A stretch of 64,000 bases of DNA from an uncultured Chthonomonadales bacterium (GTDB taxonomy: Bacteria; Armatimonadota; Chthonomonadetes; Chthonomonadales; CAJBBX01): positions 12,192-76,191 of the forward strand of contig CALLMM010000016.1 of assembly GCA_938005745.1 (NCBI GenBank), read 5' to 3'. The notes under the pieces are model-generated. The model made no database searches. It was not told where the DNA came from and saw only the letters and a list, made by a program, of their open reading frames with translations. How positions within the stretch are numbered: position 1 is the stretch's first letter; each line of letters starts with the position of its first letter. This document shows positions 35,645-46,514 of this stretch, in pieces. Both the position numbers and the translations under genes were made by a program.

Positions 35645-36144
35645 GCAAGGCGGTCCGCAAGAGGCTGCGGGCGCGTCTGCGCGGCGAAAGAGGCGGGATA
35701 GAGGGTAATCGGCGCGTGATGCGGCGTCCCGATGCCGTAGACCTTCACCCATTCCGGCACGATCCGGATCCGCACATGCGGCAGACACCCGATGATCGGG
35801 TCGTTGGGGGCGATGCGCGCATAGCGCATCGCCTCCTCGAACAGCGAGGTCGGGGAGAGAAGCTGCGCGTTGGAGATGGGATAGAACCCCTGATGGCGCG
35901 CCAGCTCCCGGTAGACGGCGCGCGCGAAGAAGAGATGAAAGAAGTCGAGGGCGCGATCCCGCTCCGGCGTGAGGCGGTTTCCGAGCGCGCGGCGCACCTC
36001 GCGCGTCAGCCAGGCGGAGACGGCATGCGCCTGCGCCCGGTAGCGTCGGTCCGCGCTGCGATGCAGATACCAGGCGTTGAGCGAAATCCAGAGAGACAAG
36101 AGATACTCCCGCATTTTTTCTGTGTCGTTGTTCCACAATCCCAT
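35638..36144 (-). CDS. Hypothetical protein
   Basis: Fills the gap between dsrE and rhomboid with protein-like composition; no motif recognised. Confidence 0.5.
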   Translation of the reverse strand: MGLWNNDTEKMREYLLSLWISLNAWYLHRSADRRYRAQAHAVSAWLTREVRRALGNRLTPERDRALDFFHLFFARAVYRELARHQGFYPISNAQLLSPTSLFEEAMRYARIAPNDPIIGCLPHVRIRIVPEWVKVYGIGTPHHAPITLYPASFAAQTRPQPLADRLAQ

Positions 36145-36233
36145 TGAAGATTACCATCTCCGCAGAGAGAGTCGCTGCGGGAGTGGAACAGGGCGCAGAT
36201 CGAGAAGAGCCTGAGGACCAGAGACTTCACGTT

Positions 36234-36929
36234 ATGATTCCTCTTTACGATAACGTTCACGCGCGCTCTTTCTCCTTCGTCAACTGGGCGCTGATCGCCG
36301 TCAATGTCGCCATCTTCCTGTTTGAGGTGGCGCTAGGCGCGGGCGCTGAAGAGCTTGTCGCGGTCTTTGGCGTCGTGCCGGCGCGTCTGCTTGACCATCC
36401 CGGACCGGATCAGATCGCCACGCTCTTCACCTCGATGTTTCTTCATGGCGGATGGTCCCATCTGCTCAGTAATATGCTTGCGCTCTACATTTTTGGCGAC
36501 AACGTCGAGGACCGCATGGGGGGCGGTCGCTATCTGGCGTTCTATCTGCTATGCGGACTGGCAGCCGCCCTGACGCATGTCTTCTTTAACCCGGACTCGC
36601 CCGTTCCGACGATCGGCGCGAGCGGCGCTATCAGCGGCGTGCTGGGCGCCTACCTGATCCTCTACCCGACCGCGCGGGTCATCACGCTGATCCCGATCTT
36701 TTTCCTTCCCTGGCTGGTCGAGGTTCCGGCGCTAGTCTATCTGGGGGTCTGGTTTCTTTCGCAGCTGCTCAACGGCGCGCTGGCGATCATCATGGACGCG
36801 CAGGGGTTCGGCGGAGTGGCGTGGTGGGCGCATGCCGGCGGCTTCGTCGCCGGGATTGTGCTGGTGGGGCTGTTTATTCAACGGCGCTATCAGCGGCGCG
36901 TCTATGCGGATGAGTACTGGCCCTGGTGA
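36234..36929 (+). CDS. Rhomboid intramembrane serine protease
   Basis: MIPL.D start, SMFLHGGWSHL..NM, GASGAISG (Ser), WWAHAGG (His). Confidence 0.93.
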   Translation: MIPLYDNVHARSFSFVNWALIAVNVAIFLFEVALGAGAEELVAVFGVVPARLLDHPGPDQIATLFTSMFLHGGWSHLLSNMLALYIFGDNVEDRMGGGRYLAFYLLCGLAAALTHVFFNPDSPVPTIGASGAISGVLGAYLILYPTARVITLIPIFFLPWLVEVPALVYLGVWFLSQLLNGALAIIMDAQGFGGVAWWAHAGGFVAGIVLVGLFIQRRYQRRVYADEYWPW

Positions 36930-36943
36930 GAGCGGAGCGGCAC

Positions 36944-37783
36944 ATGGACCTGATAGGACTGTTCTGGGTTTTTCTGATCATCTCGTCTTTGCAGCCGGTC
37001 ATTCGCCAGAGAATGCTGGAGAGCGGGCGGCTGCGCCTGCTGGAGCGGCTCGAGCAGCAGCGACAGAGCCGGGTGATCGTGCTGATCCACCGTCAGGAGA
37101 CGCTGAGCCTGCTCGGCTTCCCGCTCATGCGCTACATTGATATCAACGATTCGGAAGCCGTGCTGCGTGCGATCAAGATGACCGACAGGGATGTGCCGAT
37201 TGACCTGGTGCTGCATACGCCGGGCGGGCTGGTGCTTGCGGCGGAACAGATCGCCTGCGCGCTGCGCAGGCATCCGGCGAAGGTTACGGTGTTTGTGCCT
37301 CACTACGCGATGTCGGGCGGGACGCTGATTGCGCTGGCGGCGGATGAGATCGTGATGGATGAGAACGCGGTGCTCGGTCCGGTAGACCCGCAGCTGGGGC
37401 AGCAGCCGGCGGCTTCCATCCTGAAGGTGCTGGAGCGCAAGCCGATCAGCGAGATCGAGGACGAGACGCTGATTATGGCGGACATCGCCGAGAAGGCGAT
37501 CCGTCAGGTGAAGACGACGGTCATCGAACTGCTGTCGGATCGGTTGGGCGCGGAGGAAGCCGAGCGGATCGCCAGCGTCTTGGCGACCGGCGTCTGGACG
37601 CACGACTATCCGATCAGCGTGCGCGAAGCGCGCAGCTTCGGGCTGCCGATCAGCACCGAGATGCCGCAGATGGTATATCAGTTGATGGGTCTCTACCCGC
37701 AGACCGCGCAGCGGCGTCCGTCGGTGGAGTACATTCCGATTCCCCGCTCGCGCGAGACGGAGCGTCGCCAGACCCACCGATGA
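36944..37783 (+). CDS. SDH_sah / S49 ClpP-like serine protease family protein
   Basis: LIHRQE, LHTPGG, PHYAMSGGTLIAL, LGPVDPQ, WTHDYPI. Confidence 0.9.
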   Translation: MDLIGLFWVFLIISSLQPVIRQRMLESGRLRLLERLEQQRQSRVIVLIHRQETLSLLGFPLMRYIDINDSEAVLRAIKMTDRDVPIDLVLHTPGGLVLAAEQIACALRRHPAKVTVFVPHYAMSGGTLIALAADEIVMDENAVLGPVDPQLGQQPAASILKVLERKPISEIEDETLIMADIAEKAIRQVKTTVIELLSDRLGAEEAERIASVLATGVWTHDYPISVREARSFGLPISTEMPQMVYQLMGLYPQTAQRRPSVEYIPIPRSRETERRQTHR

Positions 37784-37869
37784 GGAGATGACCCGCCTCT
37801 CCCGAGAAAGCGGATGCACGTTCACAGGGGCAGGCGCGCGCAGATGCGCCGGTCCCCGGGAGCCGAACC

Positions 37870-38613
37870 ATGCCTGAAGAGATCATCCTTGCTCCGGAGA
37901 CGATACAGTCGGACGCCGTCTGCGAAGGGGGCAATCTGGACTGCGGCTCCGGTCTTCTGCTGCTGATCAAGAGAGCGATGAACCCGGTTCCGGCAGGCGG
38001 GGTGCTGGAGATACGCAGCACCGAGATCAGCGTGCGGGAGGACCTGCCCGCCTGGTGCCGCATGACCGGCAACCCCTACCTCGGCTGGAGACCCGCGCCC
38101 GATACCAACCGCTTTTTTGTGCGGCGCGGCGGGGGCGCGGAGCCGGTGGAGGACGACCTGGAGAAAGCCCGCCAGTACCGCTGGCAGTGCCGAGTGCGCT
38201 GGACGGGCGGCATGAAGGCGAAGGTCTTCGCTCGCAACCACTCCTGGGAGGTCGGGCAGCCCGCCAGTTTCGATGTGAAGGATGAGGCGCCCGGTGCGGT
38301 CGAATATCTGCTGGGGGCGCTGGGAGCCTGCCTGGCGATGGGCTTTCAGATCAACGCCTCGCGGCGGGGCGCGCCCGTGGAGGAGATCGAGGTCTCGCTC
38401 TCCGGGCAGATAGATAACATTCTGGTCTTTCTGGGACTGGAACAGACCGGGCACAGCGGCTTTCGCGAGATCACCGGGACGCTCTATGTGCGCTCTGACA
38501 CCGACGAGGAGACGCTGCAGGCGATCTGGGAGCAGACGCTGGCCGCCTCTCCGCTGGCGAACTCCCTGACGCATACGGCTTCCCTGAATATCGCGATGCG
38601 GGCGGTTCCCTGA
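37870..38613 (+). CDS. TusA-OsmC fusion protein
   Basis: N-terminal LDCGSG..LEIRST..DLPAWCRMTG; C-terminal P.AVEYLLGALGACL OsmC-like domain. Confidence 0.85.
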   Translation: MPEEIILAPETIQSDAVCEGGNLDCGSGLLLLIKRAMNPVPAGGVLEIRSTEISVREDLPAWCRMTGNPYLGWRPAPDTNRFFVRRGGGAEPVEDDLEKARQYRWQCRVRWTGGMKAKVFARNHSWEVGQPASFDVKDEAPGAVEYLLGALGACLAMGFQINASRRGAPVEEIEVSLSGQIDNILVFLGLEQTGHSGFREITGTLYVRSDTDEETLQAIWEQTLAASPLANSLTHTASLNIAMRAVP

Positions 38614-38625
38614 AGGAGTATAGAT

Positions 38626-39801
38626 ATGGGTTCTCTTCCGTTGTTTCCCGTGACGGTGGTCGGCAGTCTGCCGCGCTCCAAGCCGATGCAGGACGCGCTG
38701 CGTAAGCGGCAGTCGGGGCGGATGACGGAGGCGGAGTTTCAGGCGGTCGCCGATGTGGCGGTGCGCGAGTGCCTGAACATGCAGATCGCCGCCGGGGTGG
38801 ACATCGTCAGCGACGGCGAACAGCGGCGCGATAACTTCTACTCATTCGTCGCGGAGAAGGTGGAGGGCGTCCGCCTGATGAGCCTGGCGGACATGCTCGA
38901 GTATGTGGAGGACAAAGCCGCCTTTGAGAGGCTGCTCAATGCGCTGGACGTGCCCGCCTTCGCCATCAAAAACCCGGTGGTCGTCGGGAAGCTGCGGCGA
39001 GCCAGACCGCTGGCGCTGGATGACTTCCGGTTTCTGAAGAACCTGACCGACCGGGCGATCAAGGTTGCGCTGCCGGGTCCCTATCTGCTGACCCGCTCCA
39101 TGTGGGTCAAGAGCCTGTCGGCAGACCTCTATCCGACCAAAGAGGCGCTGGGCGAAGATGTAACCCGCATCCTGCGCGAGGAGTTGATCGCCCTGCGGGA
39201 CGCGGGCTGCGACATCGTGCAGTTTGACGAGCCGGTGCTGACTGAGGTCGCCTTTGCCGGACCGCACGCGACCCACACCTTTATGTGCGCCGCGCTCTCC
39301 GAAAAGAGCAGCCCAGAGGCGGAACTGAGCTTTGCGGTGGACCTGCTGAACCGGGTGGTCGAGGGCGTCGAGGGCGTCAAGACCGCGCTGCATGTCTGTC
39401 GGGGCAACTGGAGCCGCAACGAGAGCGTGCTGCTGCAGGGAGCCTACGACCCGCTGATCCCCTACTTCTGTCGGATGAAGGTGCGGCAGTTTGTGCTGGA
39501 GTATGCGACGGAGCGGGCGGGGAGCGTGGAGGCGCTGGCGGCGCTGCCGGAGGATCGGGAGATCGGACTGGGCGTCTGCAACCCGCGCACGTCAGAGATC
39601 GAAACGGCGGAGTTTATCGCCGCAAAGGCGCGGTCGCTGCTGAAGTTTCGTCCGGCGGAGACCCTCTACCTGAACCCCGACTGCGGCTTCGGCACGTTTG
39701 CCGACCGACCGGTCAATACGCTGGAGACGGCGGCGATGAAGCTGCGCGCCCTGCATGACGCCGCGCAGGTCCTGCGGGCGGAGCATGGGCGCGGGGCGTG
39801 A
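38626..39801 (+). CDS. Cobalamin-independent methionine synthase II-like (single-barrel MetE family) Zn enzyme
   Basis: VVGSLPR, DGEQRR, QFDEP, LHVCRGN, LEY, LNPDCGF Zn ligands. Confidence 0.9.
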   Translation: MGSLPLFPVTVVGSLPRSKPMQDALRKRQSGRMTEAEFQAVADVAVRECLNMQIAAGVDIVSDGEQRRDNFYSFVAEKVEGVRLMSLADMLEYVEDKAAFERLLNALDVPAFAIKNPVVVGKLRRARPLALDDFRFLKNLTDRAIKVALPGPYLLTRSMWVKSLSADLYPTKEALGEDVTRILREELIALRDAGCDIVQFDEPVLTEVAFAGPHATHTFMCAALSEKSSPEAELSFAVDLLNRVVEGVEGVKTALHVCRGNWSRNESVLLQGAYDPLIPYFCRMKVRQFVLEYATERAGSVEALAALPEDREIGLGVCNPRTSEIETAEFIAAKARSLLKFRPAETLYLNPDCGFGTFADRPVNTLETAAMKLRALHDAAQVLRAEHGRGA

Positions 39802-39808
39802 GACGGCG

Positions 39809-40168
39809 ATGAACGAGATGCGTGAGATCGTGACCGTCGGACAGGTGAACAGCCTGTTTCTGGCGCTGATCGTGATCGGTCCGGCAGCGGGCGCGCTGAT
39901 CGGCGGAGCGATGGGCAGACGGCGGGGAGGGCTGACACGCGGCGCGCTTACGGGCGCTCTGATCGGTCTGCTCCTTGCGCTGCTGAATTTGGGTCTTTGG
40001 AGGGTCTACAACGCGATTACGGATCGTCTGGGGCTGGACAGCGTGCGCAATCTGGTGGTCAATCTGGCTCTGTTTATCGCGCTGGGAGCGGGAGCGGGAC
40101 TGATCGCGGGGTATCTGTCGCGCCGCCGCGCCGCCGCGCCGGAAGAGACGCCGCCCGATGCCGGATAG
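39809..40168 (+). CDS. Membrane hypothetical protein
   Basis: Three hydrophobic segments; in operon between MetE-like and HAD genes. Confidence 0.7.
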   Translation: MNEMREIVTVGQVNSLFLALIVIGPAAGALIGGAMGRRRGGLTRGALTGALIGLLLALLNLGLWRVYNAITDRLGLDSVRNLVVNLALFIALGAGAGLIAGYLSRRRAAAPEETPPDAG

Positions 40169-40853
40169 ACAGCCCCTGCGCGTCCTGCTGCTCGATCTGG
40201 ACGGGACGGTCGCCGATTCGCATCATCTGATCTATCGCTCTTTGGACCACGCCTTTCAGATGCACCTGGGATGCGCCTATCCTGTGTCGTTATGGGAGCG
40301 TTCGGTGGGAGAGCCGCTTCACAGGCTGTTTGCGGCAGGGTGCGCCGCACAGTCGCTTCCGCCGCCGACCGAGCCGCAGATGGAGCGACTGATCGAGAGC
40401 TACCGGTCGCATCTGATGGCGATAGATCGGAGCGTGCAGCCCTTCCCAGGCATCCCGGAGTCTCTGGAGACCCTGCGCCGTCGGGGTGTCCGGCTGGGGA
40501 TCGTTACGACCAAGCACTCCGCCGCCGCCCACCGCTCACTGCGCTATATGGGGCTTGCCGCTCTGTTTGAGACGGTGGTTGCCAGCGATCAGTGTGCGCG
40601 GCTCAAGCCACATCCGGAGCCGTTCCTGCGGGCATTGAGGGCGATGGAGGCGCAGGCGGAGGAGGCGGCGGGAGTGGGAGACAGCCCGCACGATATTGAG
40701 GCGGCGCGCGCGGCGGGGATGCGGTCTGTCGCGGCGATGTGGGGCGTGAAGCATCGCGACCCGCTGCTGCAGAGGCAGCCCGATGCGCTGCTGGAGCTTC
40801 CCGCCCATCTCCTCCATCTATTCGAGGACGCCGCAGCAGGAGAGCCGCGTTGA
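40158..40853 (+). CDS. HAD family hydrolase (PpaX/Gph-like)
   Basis: DLDGTVADS, VTTK, KPHPEP, VGDSPHD. Confidence 0.88.
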   Translation: MPDRQPLRVLLLDLDGTVADSHHLIYRSLDHAFQMHLGCAYPVSLWERSVGEPLHRLFAAGCAAQSLPPPTEPQMERLIESYRSHLMAIDRSVQPFPGIPESLETLRRRGVRLGIVTTKHSAAAHRSLRYMGLAALFETVVASDQCARLKPHPEPFLRALRAMEAQAEEAAGVGDSPHDIEAARAAGMRSVAAMWGVKHRDPLLQRQPDALLELPAHLLHLFEDAAAGEPR

Positions 40854-40999
40854 CGGCGCCCGAAGACCCTCTCGGTCTCCGTGACGCGGACTGCTGCTGG
40901 GTGCCGTTTGAACTGGCGGCGCTGGCGGGCTGTCGGGAGAGAGAGGGCGCGCCGGCGCGCCTTCCGTAGGTTCAGGAATACACCATCAAGGAGAGATAG

Positions 41000-42076
<1,077 letters not shown>

Positions 42077-42108
42077 CGGGGGCGGCAGGTCGTCGGAGAC
42101 AGAGGATC

Positions 42109-43422
42109 ATGAACAATAGGACCGCCTCCAGCCAGAGGCGACTGGAGCCCAGACAGTGGCGTCTGGAGACGATGGCGCTGCACGGTTTTCCCTCCGAGGA
42201 GAGGCATGTCGGTCCGCACTCCGTTCCGATTGTGCAGTCCGCCGCCTTTCAGTTCGCTTCGGCGGAGGAAGCCGCGGCGCGGTTTGCGCTGGACGACTTC
42301 GGACCGATCTATACACGGGTCGGCAACCCGACGGTCGAGGCGTTCGAGGAGCGGATGGCGGCGATGGAGGGCGGCATCGGGGCGATGGCGACCGCCAGCG
42401 GGCAGGCGGCGGCGTTCTATGCGATTGCGACCATCACGCATCAGGGGCAGAATATCGTCTCCTCGACCTCGCTCTATGGGGGGATCTACTCGCTGCTGCG
42501 CAACATTCTGCCCGGTTTCGGCATCGAGACCCGCTTTGTGCCGGTCGCCGATCTGGACGCCTGGGAGCGCGCCATAGATGGGCGGACGACCTGCCTCTAC
42601 GCGGAGATGGTCGGTAATCCGCTGCTGGATACGCCCGATCTGGAGCGGCTGGCGGGGCTGGCGCGCCGGCATCGGATCCCGCTCATCATAGACAACACCG
42701 TGCCGACCGCCTGCCTCTGCCGACCGTTTGCGTATGGCGCGGATGTGGCGGTCTACAGCGCGACCAAGTATATCGGCGGACACGGCACCACAATCGGGGG
42801 CGCGGTCGTGGACAGCGGGCGGTATGACTGGACGAACGGACGCTTTCCGCAGTTTTCGGAGCCGGACCCGATCTATCACGGCATCCGGCTCGGCGAGAAG
42901 TTCGGGCGGATGGCGTATCTGGTGCGTATGCGCGGTCACTATCTGCGCGATATCGGCGCCTGCATCGGTCCGCACGACGCCTGGAACCTGATACAGGGGA
43001 TCGAAACGCTGCCGGTGCGGATGGAGCGGCACTGCGACAACGCCGAAGGGCTGGCGCAGTGGCTGTCCGACCATCCGAAGGTGGAGCGCGTTCTCTATCC
43101 GGGGCGGGAGGGGCATCCGACGGCGGAGTACGCGCGACGCTATCTGAAGCGGGGCAGCGGTATGCTCGGACTCTACGTGAAAGGCGGGTTCGCGGCGGCG
43201 CGGCGCATGGTGGAGACGACCCGGCTCTTCGCCCATGCGCCGAACCTGGGAGACTGCAAGTCGCTGATCATCCATCCGGCTTCGACGACCCATTCGCAGG
43301 TGGCGCCGGAGGTGCGCCGCGCCATCGGCATCGAGGACAACTTCCTGCGCCTGTCGGTGGGGCTGGAGCATATCGAAGACCTGAAGGACGACCTGGATCG
43401 CGCGCTGGACGGCGCGCAGTAG
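42109..43422 (+). CDS. metY: O-acetylhomoserine aminocarboxypropyltransferase (sulfhydrylase)
   Basis: IYTRVGNPT, ASGQAA, SATKYIGGHG (PLP Lys), IIHPASTTHSQ, RLSVGLE. Confidence 0.85.
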   Translation: MNNRTASSQRRLEPRQWRLETMALHGFPSEERHVGPHSVPIVQSAAFQFASAEEAAARFALDDFGPIYTRVGNPTVEAFEERMAAMEGGIGAMATASGQAAAFYAIATITHQGQNIVSSTSLYGGIYSLLRNILPGFGIETRFVPVADLDAWERAIDGRTTCLYAEMVGNPLLDTPDLERLAGLARRHRIPLIIDNTVPTACLCRPFAYGADVAVYSATKYIGGHGTTIGGAVVDSGRYDWTNGRFPQFSEPDPIYHGIRLGEKFGRMAYLVRMRGHYLRDIGACIGPHDAWNLIQGIETLPVRMERHCDNAEGLAQWLSDHPKVERVLYPGREGHPTAEYARRYLKRGSGMLGLYVKGGFAAARRMVETTRLFAHAPNLGDCKSLIIHPASTTHSQVAPEVRRAIGIEDNFLRLSVGLEHIEDLKDDLDRALDGAQ

Positions 43423-43440
43423 GAAGAAGGAGGAGCAGGC

Positions 43441-44196
43441 ATGAACCGTATGTTCCGGGCGGTAAGAGCGCTTCCGCTCATGCTGATGGTGGCTGCGCTG
43501 GCGGTCGGCGGATCCGCCTGGACGCAACGGCAGTCGAAACCGAAGCCGCCGGAGAGACCGCGCTACGAATATCGCAAGGATCACGACCCCGACGGCATCG
43601 GCAAGTTCTATATGGGGCGCGAGATCGCGCAGGTGATGGGGCATCAGGCGGCGGACTGGCTGGATCGTCCCGAGCGGGAGGCGGAGGAGGCTCCCTCCAT
43701 GCTGCTGCGCGCCCTCAAGATCAAGCCGGGAATGTCGCTGGTGGATCTGGGAGCGGGAAGCGGCTACCTCACCTTCCCGATGGCGCGCCTGACCGGACCG
43801 ACCGGAAAGGTCTACGCGGTGGACATTCAGCCGGAGATGCTGCAGATCATCCGCAGAAAGATGAAGGAGCAGGGCGTCTCCAATATCATCCCGGTGCTGG
43901 GAACCGTGACCGACCCCAAGCTGCCCCCTAGCTCCGCCGATCTGATTTTGCTGGTGGATGTCTATCATGAGTTCGATCATCCCTGGGAGATGACCCGCGC
44001 GATGGTGCGCGCCCTGAAGCCGGGCGGACGGCTGGTGCTGGTGGAGTACCGCAAGGAGGACCCGGACGTTCCCATCAAAGAGCTTCATAAGATGTCGGAG
44101 AAGCAGGTGAAGCGCGAGATGTCGGTACATCCGATCCGATGGGTGGAGACGATCGGCATCCTGCCCCGGCAGCATATCATCGTTTTTCAGAAGTAG
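43441..44196 (+). CDS. Class I SAM-dependent methyltransferase with signal peptide
   Basis: [38 protein letters not shown]. Confidence 0.88.
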   Translation: MNRMFRAVRALPLMLMVAALAVGGSAWTQRQSKPKPPERPRYEYRKDHDPDGIGKFYMGREIAQVMGHQAADWLDRPEREAEEAPSMLLRALKIKPGMSLVDLGAGSGYLTFPMARLTGPTGKVYAVDIQPEMLQIIRRKMKEQGVSNIIPVLGTVTDPKLPPSSADLILLVDVYHEFDHPWEMTRAMVRALKPGGRLVLVEYRKEDPDVPIKELHKMSEKQVKREMSVHPIRWVETIGILPRQHIIVFQK

Positions 44197-44248
44197 AGGC
44201 ATTTTACAGACAGACTGCGGGAAGCAGTTGACAGGCGGTGAATCAACC

Positions 44249-45796
44249 ATGGCTACACGAATCTATATTTTCGATACGACCCTGCGCGACGGCGAACAGT
44301 CGCCGGGCGCGTCGCTGAATGTGCTGGAGAAGGTGGAGATCGCGCGGCAGCTGGAGCGGCTGGGCGTGGATGTGATCGAAGCCGGGTTCCCGATCTCCTC
44401 GCCGGGCGACTTTCAGGCGGTGCAGGAGGTCTGCAAGGCGGTCCGGGATGCGACCGTCTGCGGGCTGACCCGCGCGGTGATCAAGGATGTGGATGTCGCG
44501 GCGGAGGCGTTGAAGGGAGCCGTGCGCCCGCGCATCCATACCGGGCTGGGGGTCTCCGACAACCACCTGCAGTACAAGCTGAAGATGACCCGCGAACAGG
44601 CGCTGGAGCGGGGCGTCGCGGCGGTCCGGCATGCCCGCCGGTATGTGGAGGATGTGGAGTACTTCCTGGAGGACTCCGGGCGCGCCGATCCCGACTATCT
44701 GTGCCGGGTGGTGGAGGAGGTGATCAAGGCGGGCGCGACGGTCATCAACATTCCCGACACCACCGGCTTTATGACGCCGGAGGAGTACGGACGCCTGATC
44801 GCGACGGTGGTCAACCGCGTTCCCAATATAGATAGAGCCATCGTCAGCGTGCACTGCCATAACGATCTGGGCATGGCGGTCGCCAACTCGCTGGCAGGCG
44901 TGATGAACGGAGCGCGGCAGGTCGAGTGCACGATCAACGGGATCGGAGAGCGCGCCGGAAATACCAGTCTGGAAGAGGTGGTGATGGCGATGAAGGTGCG
45001 CAACGACTTCTTCCAGACCGAGACGCGGATCGTCACGCAGGAGATCTACAAGACCAGCCGTCTGGTCTCGAACTTGACCGGCATTCTGGTGCAGCCGAAT
45101 AAAGCCGTGGTCGGAGCCAACGCCTTCGCCCACTCCTCCGGCATTCATCAGGATGGAGTACTCAAAGAGCGGACCACGTATGAGATTATAGATCCGCGCG
45201 AGGTCGGCATACCGGAGTCGAAAATCCTGCTGACGGCGCGTTCCGGGCGGCATGCGCTTCAGCATCGCCTGAGCGAACTGGGCTTCCATCTGAATGAGAA
45301 CCAGCTGGACAAGGTCTATGAGCGGTTCCTGAAGGTCGCCGACCAGAAGAAGATGGTCTACGACGAGGATCTGGAGGCGATTGTCGCCGACGAGACCTCT
45401 GCCGTCCATATCACCTATGAACTGCTGCAGGTGCAGGTCTCCTGCGGCGATCACAGCATTCCGACCGCCACCGTCCAGCTGCGCGGACCGGCGGGAGAAA
45501 TCGTCACCGACTCGGATCACGGTACCGGTCCGGTAGACGCCATCTATCGGGCGATCAACCGGATCGTGCAGCAGCCCAACGATCTGATCGAGTTCTCGAT
45601 CCAGGCGGTGACGGAAGGGATAGACGCTCTGGCGGAGGTTACCATCCGGATCCGACAGGGCAACGACATCTATACCGGGCGCGCCTCGCACTCCGATATC
45701 TGCGTCGCCAGCGCCAAAGCCTACATGCACGCGCTCAATCGCCTTCTCGACCGAGTCACCCCCGCCTCGCAGCAGAAGACCCTGGAGCATGTCTGA
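44249..45796 (+). CDS. leuA: 2-isopropylmalate synthase
   Basis: [36 protein letters not shown], regulatory domain GPVDA. Confidence 0.95.
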   Translation: MATRIYIFDTTLRDGEQSPGASLNVLEKVEIARQLERLGVDVIEAGFPISSPGDFQAVQEVCKAVRDATVCGLTRAVIKDVDVAAEALKGAVRPRIHTGLGVSDNHLQYKLKMTREQALERGVAAVRHARRYVEDVEYFLEDSGRADPDYLCRVVEEVIKAGATVINIPDTTGFMTPEEYGRLIATVVNRVPNIDRAIVSVHCHNDLGMAVANSLAGVMNGARQVECTINGIGERAGNTSLEEVVMAMKVRNDFFQTETRIVTQEIYKTSRLVSNLTGILVQPNKAVVGANAFAHSSGIHQDGVLKERTTYEIIDPREVGIPESKILLTARSGRHALQHRLSELGFHLNENQLDKVYERFLKVADQKKMVYDEDLEAIVADETSAVHITYELLQVQVSCGDHSIPTATVQLRGPAGEIVTDSDHGTGPVDAIYRAINRIVQQPNDLIEFSIQAVTEGIDALAEVTIRIRQGNDIYTGRASHSDICVASAKAYMHALNRLLDRVTPASQQKTLEHV

Positions 45797-45803
45797 TCTG
45801 CGT

Positions 45804-45835
45804 CGCAGAGGAGAGAGCCTCCTCTCTCCTCTGCG
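45804..45835. terminator. Stem-loop after leuA
   Basis: CGCAGAGGAGAGAG-cctc-CTCTCTCCTCTGCG, 14-bp stem without U-tract. Confidence 0.5.
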
Positions 45836-45861
45836 CGCTCTGCAAGCGGAAGTCAGGTCGA

Positions 45862-46278
45862 ATGCACTGTTTTTGTTGTGAGAAGGACCCTCATCTGCGT
45901 GAGGGCGCGCCCTCCGTTCTGCTGGAGAATGAGAGGGACATACTCCATCACCATCGTCTTGTCTGCAGCGTCTGCGCGATCGAGTACCGAACGCGCGGTT
46001 ACCGGCTGCGCTCCGTCGGCGGGAAAGCCTACCTGATCGCTCCTGAACGGGGAGAGGCGCTTCTCTCGATCCTGAGCCAGCAGGCGGGGATCCGGCAGGC
46101 GCGTATCTTCATGGCGGTCTTCGCCTTTCACGTCTTTGCGTTTCTGCTGGCGCTGATCATCGCCACGTTCGTTCTCCTGCGTCCCGGTCCGCCCGCGCCC
46201 AAAAATCGCTGGCGCGCTACCGGCAGCCTCCTCGCTCCCGTCTCCGAGATCGCCGCTTCCCGTCAGCGGGAGGTCTGA
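45862..46278 (+). CDS. Hypothetical membrane protein with N-terminal CxxC motifs
   Basis: CFCC and CSVC, one hydrophobic helix. Confidence 0.5.
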   Translation: MHCFCCEKDPHLREGAPSVLLENERDILHHHRLVCSVCAIEYRTRGYRLRSVGGKAYLIAPERGEALLSILSQQAGIRQARIFMAVFAFHVFAFLLALIIATFVLLRPGPPAPKNRWRATGSLLAPVSEIAASRQREV

Positions 46279-46514
46279 ATCCGCCCGCGCGGGGCTGTTC
46301 CCTCCCTCTGTGTCTCTCCTTGAAATCACATGGGTAGGAGGGCATAGACCAGAGGCGTTGAGACCATAACAACCCTGTCGGTCACGGAAGATGCACAGAA
46401 GAACCCAGTTTTTCGCTGCTACTTTACCGCTAGACCCGTGACCGCTTTGAGACGATCGCCTATCTGTCCAACGATAGTGATTCAGCCACTATTCAGTCAC
46501 AGGAGGAAAAAGAG

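Noticed and set aside
42077-42108. SAM riboswitch upstream of metY (or of the MetE-like gene)
   Set aside because: Spacers are too short and no SAM-I core motifs were seen
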